A DNA stretch of 64,000 nt, from contig JBFMGO010000002.1 of the NCBI GenBank assembly GCA_040752695.1, forward strand, positions 18,564 through 82,563, read 5' to 3'. The translations under genes were made by a program, and so were the position numbers. Positions 31,932 to 41,602 of this stretch are shown here, one piece after another. The notes under the pieces were generated by a model. That model was not told where the DNA came from and did not search any database. It was given only the letters and a program-made list of their open reading frames with translations. Every line of letters begins with the position of its first letter. Positions within the stretch are counted from its first letter, which is position 1. Source of the stretch: a bacterium. Lineage in GTDB: Bacteria > SZUA-182 > DTGQ01.

Positions 31932-32600
31932 ATGTCGGATGAGTCACATGCTCGGGAGCAAAAGAAAGAGGGCATTCTGGACGTCGGGCTGGTGATAATC
32001 ATCCAGCCAAAAGGCAGTCTTAAAAATATTCGTTATAAATCTTCCATTATCGGATGGAAGACTGATCAGCTCATTCTTATCGATATGCCAATATTGAATG
32101 GAGCCTATGTGAATCTGACAGATGGATGTACCTGCATTGTGCGGTATATCCATTGTGGTAGTGCCTGCGGGTTTGAAACAAAAGTGCTGAAGAACATCAA
32201 CGATACCAGACTTCCCATGATCTATCTGAGTTATCCAAAGACAATAGAAAGAATCTCCCTCCGAAAATACAACCGGATCCAAACACTGATACCGGCACGT
32301 ATCGAAGTAAAGGGAAGGGGAAGTGTTCAGGAACTGGAAGGGATCATAGTGGATCTCAGTGTCGGAGGATGTCTTCTTGACATTCAGGATTCAAAGGAGG
32401 TCAACCTGGATATCGAAAACAAAATTAAACTCTCGTTTGCTCTTGCCAATACCGGTGAGCAGGTAGAGGGAATTTTTGTTACTATCAAGAGGGTTCAAAA
32501 AGTTCGAGGCAGTACGATGGCTGGTGTGCAATTTGTTGATTTGCCTTCAGACGTTTTTGAAAAGATCCGCTATTTCTGTGAATCGTGTAAATCCGATTGA
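31932..32600 (+). CDS. Flagellar brake protein, YcgR/FlgZ-like PilZ domain
   Basis: RKYNR and DLSVGG c-di-GMP motifs; N-terminal PilZN-like region. Confidence 0.85.
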   Translation: MSDESHAREQKKEGILDVGLVIIIQPKGSLKNIRYKSSIIGWKTDQLILIDMPILNGAYVNLTDGCTCIVRYIHCGSACGFETKVLKNINDTRLPMIYLSYPKTIERISLRKYNRIQTLIPARIEVKGRGSVQELEGIIVDLSVGGCLLDIQDSKEVNLDIENKIKLSFALANTGEQVEGIFVTIKRVQKVRGSTMAGVQFVDLPSDVFEKIRYFCESCKSD

Positions 32601-32696
32601 TTTTAGGGTGCCTGTTACTGAAGACCTCATACGTATGCACAATGCGGGGGGTTGAAGGTAAGAGCCGAGAGTTTAATCCCCCAGCAGGAATTTTGT

Positions 32697-34073
32697 ATGG
32701 CCAGAAAGAATCTTCTGTTAGTTGATGATGAAAAATGTATTCACGATATCTTCGCTGAATACTTTGATAATAAGTCTTACAAGTTAATCAGTGTCTTCGA
32801 TGGCACCGAAGCATTGAAGAAAGTCGAACAGGAGAAAGTTGATATCGTTCTTCTGGACATCAATATGCCTGGCCTGAACGGTCTGGAGACACTGAAGGAA
32901 CTCAAGAAAATTGATTCGCAGATTGTTGTCATCATCATAACCGGATACGGAACAGCGGACACAGCGATCGATGCCATGAAGTGTGGCTGTTATGACTATG
33001 TTACCAAACCCTTCCGTCTGGCAGAAATCAAAAACGTGATTGAAGCCGCCCTCATTGACAAGGATTATAATAAAAAGAATAAAAAGGGGAAAGATGCCCT
33101 TCCTCCCTACAAATCCGGCTCGATACCAATCATCGGACGGAGCAAGAAGATGCAGGAGGTTTACCGCCTTATCGCCCGCGTCATCAATACCGACTCCACG
33201 GTCCTGATTCAAGGGGAATCAGGTACGGGTAAAGATCTGGTAGCCAGGATTCTCCATTATAACGGCCCCAGGGGCAATAAGCCGTTCATTACCGTCAACT
33301 GCGCAGCTATCCCTGAGGCTCTTTTGGAGAGTGAGCTTTTCGGACATGAAAAAGGTGTCTATACCGGAGCCCACATCGCCAGAAGAGGAAAATTTGAACA
33401 GGCGGACGGCGGTACCATATTCCTGGATGAAATCGGCGATATGAGCCTCAATACTCAGGCCAAGATCCTTAGGGTTATGCAGAGCAAGACCTTTACCCGG
33501 ATCGGCGGAGAGAAAAATATTTACGCGGATGTACGGTTGATTACAGCCACGAACAAAGAACTTCGTAAGGCCATGAAGGATGGTTCATTTCGTGAAGATC
33601 TCTTCTACCGGCTGGATGTCCTGTCTTTGACCCTCCCCTCCCTGAGGGAAAGAAAAGAGGATATAGCCGATCTTGTCAACTATTTTATTGCGCGCTATAA
33701 TGAGATCGTCAATAAAAAGGTCTCCTTTATTTCTCCTGATGCCAGGGAATTAATCATGCGGCATGACTGGCCCGGAAACGTGCGGGAGTTGGAGCATGCC
33801 GTCGAGCATGCCATTGTTCTGGCCAATGGCTATGTGCTGCTGCCCGAACACCTGCCTGACAGCCTCAGGAGTCAGACGAAAAAACCCAGCTCCATCTCCC
33901 TGGACGTGGGTCTTTCCCTGGAGGAAGTGGAAAAGGTCTATATCCAGGAAACCTTGAAGATGGTCAACGGCAATCAGACCAAAGCGGCAAATATCCTCAA
34001 GGTCCACCGCAACACCCTCCATCGCCTGATGGAAAAAATGGACATCCGGCTCTCCAAAAACGATTACGCGTAA
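32697..34073 (+). CDS. NtrC-family sigma54 response regulator (FlgR/FlrC-like by position)
   Basis: REC, GESGTGKD, ESELFGHEKGVYTGA, FLDEIG, WPGNVREL, Fis HTH. Confidence 0.92.
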   Translation: MARKNLLLVDDEKCIHDIFAEYFDNKSYKLISVFDGTEALKKVEQEKVDIVLLDINMPGLNGLETLKELKKIDSQIVVIIITGYGTADTAIDAMKCGCYDYVTKPFRLAEIKNVIEAALIDKDYNKKNKKGKDALPPYKSGSIPIIGRSKKMQEVYRLIARVINTDSTVLIQGESGTGKDLVARILHYNGPRGNKPFITVNCAAIPEALLESELFGHEKGVYTGAHIARRGKFEQADGGTIFLDEIGDMSLNTQAKILRVMQSKTFTRIGGEKNIYADVRLITATNKELRKAMKDGSFREDLFYRLDVLSLTLPSLRERKEDIADLVNYFIARYNEIVNKKVSFISPDARELIMRHDWPGNVRELEHAVEHAIVLANGYVLLPEHLPDSLRSQTKKPSSISLDVGLSLEEVEKVYIQETLKMVNGNQTKAANILKVHRNTLHRLMEKMDIRLSKNDYA

Positions 34074-34651
34074 GGACAGGCTTAAGTGCATTGCGCGGTA
34101 AATACGCGACCGGATAAATCCACATCCACACAGTACGCATTCGTCTCTCGCCGAATGAAAAGAGTACCTGCCGGACCTTTCCCATGAAATCTCTGAGGGG
34201 AACAGGGCCAAAGCTCCGGCTGTCGTGAGGTCCTCCTGCACCAATCCATGGCCATTCCATAGCTGAATCCATAGTCAATGGTAATTGGAAGGTTTCATAC
34301 TCAGCGCATATTGTCAAGACACCGCGGCCTCACTCTTTCAGCATTCTCATTATGGAAAGCGGGGTATGCAATGAGGAAAAAACATGTATACCTATGCACC
34401 TGACGACTCATAATAGTTCATAGCCGCTTTCTGTGAAAAACAGCATCTTACGGTAAATCAGCCTGCTTTTTCCTCCTCTTGGGACTGCTCATCGCGCGAT
34501 AGTGCTTAAGAATAAGGCGAAAGGGATAATGTTTCAGACTGCCCACCTGTACAAATGGATTGATATTCCAGCATCTTCCCATGAGGAATGAAAATTGCTA
34601 AGAAGGTGAGAGGAAAATTCGATACACAATGTATGGACAAGGAAACTCACC

Positions 34652-37111
34652 ATGAACGACATCATCAAGATACTTGTTATTGAGCGGGAACCAGTCGTAA
34701 GCAGACAACTCAAAAAGAGCCTGAACAGGGAGCAACACATTGTTTTTGGGGTCTCCAGCGTCATGGGAGCGGTAGAGCGCCTCAAATCCATTTTTTTTGA
34801 TATCGTGGTTGTTGACGTTTATCAGGACTGGAACGACCAGGAGGACTTTTTTCTTCTCCGGTCGATTACGTGGATGGCACCCAAAACCAAAATTATCCTT
34901 GTGGCTCCTGAGGATAAACAGAATCCGGCACGCAATGTGGAGGGACTGAAAATATTCGATTTCATTCATAAGCATAAGAAATTTAAAAATCTAATTGCAT
35001 CTATCAACCACTTGAAAAGATGCCTTCTGATGCCTGCCTCCTTCTTCTTTCTTTTCTCTTTATGCATCCTTTCCTTTCCTGTGCATCTTGTTGCTGCACC
35101 TTCCACTCTCCCGCCGATCGATTCCGGTGCGGCAACTTCCAGTACATCAACATCCGGTTCCAGTGCATTAACATCCGGTAGTGCATCAACATCCGGTTCC
35201 GATGCGTCGGCTTCCGCTGCGGTACTACCCGGAGCGGTACCTTCCGGTACACCGGCCTTTGATGCCTTACCCTCCACGGTTACATCCGTCATTTTCAAAA
35301 AGGCCATGAGTGACTTGCAGGCCAATAACCTGAAGGCAGCCAGGAAAGGTTTCGAGGAACTGATCTTCAATCACCCTGAAGCCCCGGAAGTGGTGGACAG
35401 TTATATATATCTTGGGAAAGTTTATGAAAACCTGAATCTGCCCTATGAGGCCACGGCCGTATATCATCAGTTTACTCAGGAATATCCTGACCACCAGTCA
35501 GCTCCAGAGATTTTAATGAGGCAGGGGGAAATCGCCTTTCAATTGGGCGAGATCAAGAAAGCGAAAGGGATTTTCAAGCATATTCTCTTTCAGTACCCGA
35601 ATACCAGTCTGGCCCCGAGTGCAGCTTTTCGCCTGGGGGACAGTCTCTATGAATTGGAGGATACCACTACTGCCCGCCTTTACTACGATGAGGGGATGGA
35701 GCACTCTCCTCAGTTTCTTGATGATCATCCGCAAACGGCTTTCAACATCGGCGGGCTCGCTCTGCAGGATAAGCGCTTCGATCGGGCCTTGAATATCTTT
35801 TTGGCCCTTGAGAAGAATTATCCGCAACTCGAATTGACCAGCAAGGCAGTGACCTTTTGTGGTGATATCTATGCAGAGCAGGAGAAGATTCCTGAAGCTG
35901 TTCTCGCCTACCAGAGAGTCATTGATAACTATCCTCACTCTATCGGGGCGCAGGTCAGCCAGATCCGCATGGCTGACCTGGGAGTGGAGCATCCCGATGT
36001 CGTAATCGAGAATCCGGCTTCCCCCCTGGACGCATTTCGCAATCCGATTCAGGCTTATCAGGAACTGCTCAAAAAAAAGACTACCGACCTGGTGCTGGCT
36101 CATCTGGCTGAATACAAACTCGGCCTGGCCTTTCAGAAGAAGGGGGACCATGGGGCTGCTGTTGCCGCTTTCCGGTCCCTGTTGGCCAAGGGGCCTGAAG
36201 AGAGGATCTATCAGAACGGCCTCTATGCTCTTAAACAGGAGTTAACCAATGAGCTCGATCAGTATTTCCGAAAAGAAGAGTACATGGCAGTCATCAAGAG
36301 CTATGAGGCGAACAGGGACCTGTTAGACCCCTTCTGGCACGAAGAAAAAACTCCTCTTCCCTATTTCAATGTGGCCAGGAGCTATCAAACCATGAGCTTT
36401 TATCCACCGGCCATGCGCCTTTATCAAGAAGCGCTCGGATTTGGAGCACAGGATACTCTCCATAGCCAGATACATTTCCACCTGGGACAGATTTTTTTCA
36501 AGACAGGGGAATATCAGAAGGCCCTCGATACGCTCAAGGAAGTTGCCCAAAAGTCGAAAACGCCCGGCCTGGCTTTTGCAGCCCTCTCACTCATGGCAGA
36601 TGCCTACCGGGAGGCGAAGGATTATACCAAAGCTCTCGATTACTATCAGGCCAGCCTCGCTATGCAGCCGCTTCAGCAGGGGCAGGAAAGAGAGCAACTC
36701 TTCAAAGCGGGACGGTGCTACGAGAAGATCGGCAAAATTCCTGAAGCTATCCAGTCCTTTGCCAAGGCTGCGGACCGTGCCCAAAAAGAAAAAGAAAAAG
36801 AAAAAGATAAAGATTCTCGATACCTTGCTGAAATCTACTTACATCTGGCAGATTGCCAGTATAAAATCGGTGAGTATTCTGAAGCACTTAAATCCTATCA
36901 ACACGTGCAGAATTCCTCTCCTTTGAAGGAGGACCTCGATTGGGTGCTTTTCCAGATAGGTAACTGCTCTTTGAAAACGTCAGAACCAAAAGCCGCGCTG
37001 GATGCCTTTCAAGAATTAAAAGCATCCAATCAGGACTCCATCTGGCCGATTGTTGCCGGTCTCAAAGAGTCAGAAGCCCGAATTCAAGGGGCAGAAGTTA
37101 CAGAGCAGTGA
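34652..37111 (+). CDS. Receiver-like N-terminus + hydrophobic segment + long TPR array
   Basis: KILVIE...FDIVVVD...KIILV; FFFLFSLCILSF; many TPR/YfiO-type repeats. Confidence 0.7.
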   Translation: MNDIIKILVIEREPVVSRQLKKSLNREQHIVFGVSSVMGAVERLKSIFFDIVVVDVYQDWNDQEDFFLLRSITWMAPKTKIILVAPEDKQNPARNVEGLKIFDFIHKHKKFKNLIASINHLKRCLLMPASFFFLFSLCILSFPVHLVAAPSTLPPIDSGAATSSTSTSGSSALTSGSASTSGSDASASAAVLPGAVPSGTPAFDALPSTVTSVIFKKAMSDLQANNLKAARKGFEELIFNHPEAPEVVDSYIYLGKVYENLNLPYEATAVYHQFTQEYPDHQSAPEILMRQGEIAFQLGEIKKAKGIFKHILFQYPNTSLAPSAAFRLGDSLYELEDTTTARLYYDEGMEHSPQFLDDHPQTAFNIGGLALQDKRFDRALNIFLALEKNYPQLELTSKAVTFCGDIYAEQEKIPEAVLAYQRVIDNYPHSIGAQVSQIRMADLGVEHPDVVIENPASPLDAFRNPIQAYQELLKKKTTDLVLAHLAEYKLGLAFQKKGDHGAAVAAFRSLLAKGPEERIYQNGLYALKQELTNELDQYFRKEEYMAVIKSYEANRDLLDPFWHEEKTPLPYFNVARSYQTMSFYPPAMRLYQEALGFGAQDTLHSQIHFHLGQIFFKTGEYQKALDTLKEVAQKSKTPGLAFAALSLMADAYREAKDYTKALDYYQASLAMQPLQQGQEREQLFKAGRCYEKIGKIPEAIQSFAKAADRAQKEKEKEKDKDSRYLAEIYLHLADCQYKIGEYSEALKSYQHVQNSSPLKEDLDWVLFQIGNCSLKTSEPKAALDAFQELKASNQDSIWPIVAGLKESEARIQGAEVTEQ

Positions 37112-37153
37112 AGAGGGGAGTAAGGAGTATTGCAACACAGGTATGTTTCACTC

Positions 37154-37282
37154 ATCAGCGACCAGCAATCCAGTATCCAGCATACAGTTCCAGCAACCAG
37201 CATCCAGTATCCAGCAACCAGCATCCTGTATCCGAATATTCAAAAATCAGCAACCAGCGTCCAGCAGCCAATATCCAGAGGC
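37154..37282. repeat. Heptamer tandem array (WCCAGYA)
   Basis: ACCAGCA ATCCAGT ATCCAGC ... TCCAGCA ACCAGCA TCCAGTA TCCAGCA ACCAGCA TCCTGTA. Confidence 0.85.
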
Positions 37283-37305
37283 TAGAATTCAGAGGAGAAA
37301 GACAG

Positions 37306-37611
37306 ATGAAGCAGATCAGCCTTATCGACCTAAAGCCGGTACTTTTCAATCAACCGTCACCGCCAGCATCTTCTCCAAAAAGTGAGGATGTACCCTCATT
37401 TAGTGAAACTATCAAGGAAGCGATTCAGAGAGTGGATGATTTGCAGTCTACTGCGGATCAGAACCTGCAGGATTTTATAACTCATAAAAATAAAGACCTC
37501 CATGATGTCATGATTTCCTGGGAAAAGGCGGATACGTCCTTGAAGCTTTTAATGCAGGTCCGCTCAAAGGTTCTGGACGCCTACCAGGAAGTCATGCGGA
37601 TGCCTGTCTAA
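37306..37611 (+). CDS. fliE: Hook-basal body protein FliE
   Basis: SFSETI, LHDVMI, QVRSKVLDAYQEVMRMPV; GAGGAG RBS. Confidence 0.92.
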   Translation: MKQISLIDLKPVLFNQPSPPASSPKSEDVPSFSETIKEAIQRVDDLQSTADQNLQDFITHKNKDLHDVMISWEKADTSLKLLMQVRSKVLDAYQEVMRMPV

Positions 37612-37765
37612 CTGAGACACTCACGAAAAATAAATTGATGTTAACAGGGAAATGATGAATAATATGTCCTGAAGAGGAGCAATATTTAAGTATATTATAC
37701 ATATAATTGAAAGCAAAATTCCTTTGGCAAGAAGAGGAATGTAGAGGTAAGCGTGGTTAAGTCAT

Positions 37766-37830
37766 GTGGTGCGGTGTGATGGCGTGTGATGTGGTGTGAG
37801 ATGATGCAGTGTGGTATTGTATTGTGTGCT
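37766..37830. repeat. Pentamer tandem array (GTGRT-like)
   Basis: GTGGT GCGGT GTGAT GGCGT GTGAT GTGGT GTGAG ATGAT GCAGT GTGGT ATTGT ATTGT GTGCT. Confidence 0.75.
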
Positions 37831-37878
37831 CGTTGAACGTGACGATGGAAGCTGCCCCCAAGATAGGGAAAAAACGGG

Positions 37879-39525
37879 ATGCCGACTATTTCTGAGGCGA
37901 TAACGAAATTTATCGACTCGTTTCGAAACCTTCCTCTCAACAGAAAAGTTACCCTTACCCTGGTACTGGTGCTTTTGGGAGGAGGAGTGGCAGCTCTTTT
38001 GAGCTGGGCCTACAGAACCAATTATCAGACTCTTTACTCCCGTCTCGATCCGGAGAATGCCGGAGCTATTGTGGACAAGCTGAAGGAAGCCAAGGTCCCC
38101 TACAAGCTCACGCAGGGAGGCAGCACTATCCTTGTTCCGGAAGGGAAAGTATACGAGCTTCGGCTGCAACTGGCCTCTGATAAGGTTCTGCAAAAGGGAA
38201 ACGTCGGTTTTGAACTGTTCGATCAGACCAATCTGGGAACCACCGAGTTCGTCCAGACCATTAACTATCACCGGGCACTGCAGGGAGAGTTAAGCCGCAC
38301 TATCGGCAGTCTGGCTGAAGTCGAATGGGCGAGGGTCCACCTGGCGATCCCTCAGAAGAGCCTGTTCGTCGAGAAGGAGCAGCCTCCCACCGCCTCGGTG
38401 GTTATCCGGCTGAAAGAGGGGAGCCGTCTGCGCAAGGCCCAGATCAATGGTATTGTCCATCTGGTTTCATGCAGTGTGGAGGGCCTTTCTCCTGAAAATG
38501 TCCAGATCATCGATGATCAGGGAAGGATCCTGAGCGAGAATTCCAATGATTATTCCAATCAGCTTTTACAGGCCACCAAGGTTGAATATCAAACCCAGGT
38601 GGAAGAAATCCTGGAGAAGAAGGTCACCAGCATGCTGGAAAAGGCTTTGGGAGAGAACAAAGTGATTGCCAAGGTTTCGGCCAGCTTGAACCTGAAACAA
38701 GTGGAAACGACAGAGGAGAAGTATGATCCTGACAGAACGGTCGTAAAAACGGAGCAGCGTACTCAGGAAGCGGCCCAGGGACAGACGCCGGTCACCCCGG
38801 CGGCCAACAATAATTCCAATTACCAGAAGTCGGACGAAATCATCAAATATGAATTGACCAAGGCCACCAATCATATCATTGAGCTCCCCGGCCAGATCAC
38901 CCGGTTATCCGTAGCTGTCCTGGTGGACGGAAAATACGAGAAACAGGATAAGCAAGGGGCCGATGGTCCGGGGGAAAAATACATCGCCCGCACACCGGGG
39001 GAGATGAAAAGCATACAGACGATTGCGGAAAAAGCGGTTGGCTATGATGCCAGCCGTGGAGACCAGATTGAGGTGGTCAATATTCCTTTCCACTCGGATT
39101 CCTCCAGCCAGCAGGGCCAGTCATCTTTCGATATAGCCAAAAATTGGCAGCTCTGGCTGAGTCTGGCCAAATATGGAAGCAGGGTGCTGCTGGTTCTTCT
39201 TGTCCTGCTCTTCATCTTTCGTCCCCTGTTAAAGTGGCTTTACCGCTTTGCCCCATCTCCTCCCGTTGAAGTGGCCGAACAAGGGCAGATCGGACAGACG
39301 GCAGCAGTTGCAGAATTGACCGACGATACGGTGGTCGAGGAACTGCAGCAAAAACTGCCTGCACGGCTCGACAAAGTGGAAGAGGCTTTCAATTTGGCAA
39401 ATAGCGAGGAAAGTAAATCGCTTGAGGAAATGGTTAAAGTTATCCGGGAAATTGCCAAACAGGAGCCAAAACGCATTGCGCAACTTACACATGAATGGCT
39501 GTTAGAGGAGAGAAAACAAACATGA
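37879..39525 (+). CDS. fliF: MS-ring protein FliF
   Basis: GFELFD, RALQGEL.RTI, ARVHLAIP, RLSVAVLVDG, RGDQIEV. Confidence 0.95.
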   Translation: MPTISEAITKFIDSFRNLPLNRKVTLTLVLVLLGGGVAALLSWAYRTNYQTLYSRLDPENAGAIVDKLKEAKVPYKLTQGGSTILVPEGKVYELRLQLASDKVLQKGNVGFELFDQTNLGTTEFVQTINYHRALQGELSRTIGSLAEVEWARVHLAIPQKSLFVEKEQPPTASVVIRLKEGSRLRKAQINGIVHLVSCSVEGLSPENVQIIDDQGRILSENSNDYSNQLLQATKVEYQTQVEEILEKKVTSMLEKALGENKVIAKVSASLNLKQVETTEEKYDPDRTVVKTEQRTQEAAQGQTPVTPAANNNSNYQKSDEIIKYELTKATNHIIELPGQITRLSVAVLVDGKYEKQDKQGADGPGEKYIARTPGEMKSIQTIAEKAVGYDASRGDQIEVVNIPFHSDSSSQQGQSSFDIAKNWQLWLSLAKYGSRVLLVLLVLLFIFRPLLKWLYRFAPSPPVEVAEQGQIGQTAAVAELTDDTVVEELQQKLPARLDKVEEAFNLANSEESKSLEEMVKVIREIAKQEPKRIAQLTHEWLLEERKQT

Positions 39526-40532
39526 GCAGGCAAATGACCAATTCGGAAAAAGCTGCCGTTCTTTTTCTTTCCCTGGGAGAGGAAATCACCGCCGAGGTCT
39601 TCCGCGGCCTGGAAGAGTCGGAAATACAGATAATCAGCCAATATATTACCAACATGGAAACCCCCTCCCTGGCTGATATCAGAGGTGTGCTTCAGGAGGC
39701 CATGACACGGATTTCCTACAGACATGTCCTTCCTCAGGAGGTGGCCGAGTACGTCAACAATGTCCTGATTAAAGCCCTGGGAGAAAAAAAGGCTGCGGAA
39801 ATTTTTCGAAAACTGCAAGCCCCGATGATGGGTAAAGCCGGCAGCCTCAAGGCTGTCAAGGATCTGGATTCAGAAACCCTGGTCAACCTGATCCGTGGGG
39901 AGCATCCCCAGATCATGGCCCTGATTTTGACCCACCTCTCACCGGACAAGGCAGCCGAGATACTCTCCTACCTGCCCGAAGAGGTCCGGACTGATGTGGC
40001 CTTGCGGATCTGTAGCCTGGAGAGGATCCGTCCCGGAGTGATGCAGGATATCAACGAGTTTTTCAGGAATAAGCTGATGAGCTTACAGGATTCGGAGAGC
40101 CAGATAATAGGAGGAGTCAATAAGATCGCCGAAATCATGAACCACATCGATCGGGCTTCGGAAGACAGCATCATGTCGAACATTGAAAAAATGGATACTT
40201 CTCTGGCTGAAAATATCCGGATGCTGATGTTTACCTTTGAGGATCTTGCAAGTGTTGGCAATATGGAAATGCAGGCCCTCCTCAAAGAAATACCCAAAGA
40301 TGAACTGGTCCTGGCCCTGAAAACGGCCAGCGTCGAATTGAAGGATTTGATCCTGCGGAATATGTCAGAGCGCGCCGCACAGATGACGCTCGAAGATCTG
40401 GAATCCATGGGAGCGGTAAAACTCCATGATGTGGAAAAAGCCCAGCAGAATGTTGTCAAAATTGCCCGGCGGCTGGAAGAGGAAGGAAAGATCGTCCTTA
40501 AGGGTGGCAAGGGCAGTGATGTTATGGTGTAG
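39522..40532 (+). CDS. fliG: Motor switch protein FliG
   Basis: KAAVLFLSLG, EHPQ, MFTFEDL, NMSERAA. Confidence 0.95.
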   Translation: MSRQMTNSEKAAVLFLSLGEEITAEVFRGLEESEIQIISQYITNMETPSLADIRGVLQEAMTRISYRHVLPQEVAEYVNNVLIKALGEKKAAEIFRKLQAPMMGKAGSLKAVKDLDSETLVNLIRGEHPQIMALILTHLSPDKAAEILSYLPEEVRTDVALRICSLERIRPGVMQDINEFFRNKLMSLQDSESQIIGGVNKIAEIMNHIDRASEDSIMSNIEKMDTSLAENIRMLMFTFEDLASVGNMEMQALLKEIPKDELVLALKTASVELKDLILRNMSERAAQMTLEDLESMGAVKLHDVEKAQQNVVKIARRLEEEGKIVLKGGKGSDVMV

Positions 40533-40594
40533 GAACCGGGAAATGATCCATCCGTTTGGCTGCTTTTGCCATTTCGAAGGGAGCGGATATATGA

Positions 40595-41602
40595 ATGAGT
40601 AAAGTGAAGGTCGAACGGTCTGCACTGGAAGGCGATTCATTCAAGACATTCATGGAAAAGAAGGATCCTCTTTTTCAGTGTATCCAGCCTCCGCAGGATG
40701 CACGCTTTCGGCTGGTTCCCTTTCTGAGTACAAAAGGTGAAGGGAGTGCAGGTCCAATAACTGACAGCGGGGGGAAAAAAGAGGAGGAAGCGGAAGAAAT
40801 GTCTTCACTGAAGGCCGCTGACGACATTATCCGGCAAGGCGAAAAAATCGTCGCCGAGGCAAGGCAGGAGGCTGCCAGGATCAAAGAAGAGGCGTATCAA
40901 AAGGGTCTGTCTCAGGGCAGGGAAAAAGGGCAGAAGGAGGGCAGAAAAGAGGTGCGTGGCCGCTTTTTGCCCCTTGAGGACACGCTAAGGAATCTGATCA
41001 GGCAGGTCGAGCAGGTGCAGGAGGATATCCTGATCAAACAGGAGCAGGAAATCCTCCATTTATGCACTAAAATGGCACAAAAAATCGTGCACACCGAAAT
41101 CAGCCAGAACCCTCAGGTCATTTTGGCTACCCTGCGTGAGGGGCTGAAATCGGTCGCCCGGCGCAAGGTGGCAGCCATCAGGCTGAATCCTCGCGATCTG
41201 GAGCTTTTCCAGGGCATGAGAGAGGAAATCTCCCAATCGATTCTTAATCTGGAGGGGATTGCCCTGGAAAAAGATCCGGGTCTTTTACCTGGAGGATGCC
41301 TGATTCAGACCGATTTTGGGCATGTGGATGCAACGATAGAGACCCAGCTCCATGAGCTGGAAAAGACCTTTCCCACAATCGCTGACGATGGCGTGGCTGC
41401 TGACGATGGCGTGGCTGCTGACGATGGCGTGGCTGCTGACAGTGCCGTGGTTGCTGAAGGTTCCCTGGCTGCTGATCGTTTTATGATTGCTGACGGCTCC
41501 CAGGCTGTTGACGGTGGCGTGGTTAGCGGCGGTCCTGTGTTCCCTGACGGTTCCGTGCCTGCCGGCAGGAGCATCAGCACTGACAGTGGAGAGAAACGGT
41601 GA
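40595..41602 (+). CDS. fliH: Export protein FliH with repetitive C-terminal extension
   Basis: AYQKG..QG..KG..EG repeats, LNPRD, GGC.I.T..G.VDA. Confidence 0.88.
   Translation: MSKVKVERSALEGDSFKTFMEKKDPLFQCIQPPQDARFRLVPFLSTKGEGSAGPITDSGGKKEEEAEEMSSLKAADDIIRQGEKIVAEARQEAARIKEEAYQKGLSQGREKGQKEGRKEVRGRFLPLEDTLRNLIRQVEQVQEDILIKQEQEILHLCTKMAQKIVHTEISQNPQVILATLREGLKSVARRKVAAIRLNPRDLELFQGMREEISQSILNLEGIALEKDPGLLPGGCLIQTDFGHVDATIETQLHELEKTFPTIADDGVAADDGVAADDGVAADSAVVAEGSLAADRFMIADGSQAVDGGVVSGGPVFPDGSVPAGRSISTDSGEKR
41381..41596 (+). repeat. 18-bp tandem repeat (ADDGVA-type)
   Basis: GCTGACGATGGCGTGGCT x3 exact, then ~9 decaying units. Confidence 0.85.

Noticed and set aside
34074..34651. Long intergenic region as riboswitch or ncRNA (also 46914-47172 and 13600-14050)
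   Set aside because: No c-di-GMP-I/II or other riboswitch consensus recognisable by eye; an Infernal/Rfam scan would be needed
37108..37305. Extended N-termini of FliE (also FlgB 59082-59198 and FliQ 50882-50965)
   Set aside because: These are translations of intergenic repeats; downstream starts have good RBSs and family-typical lengths
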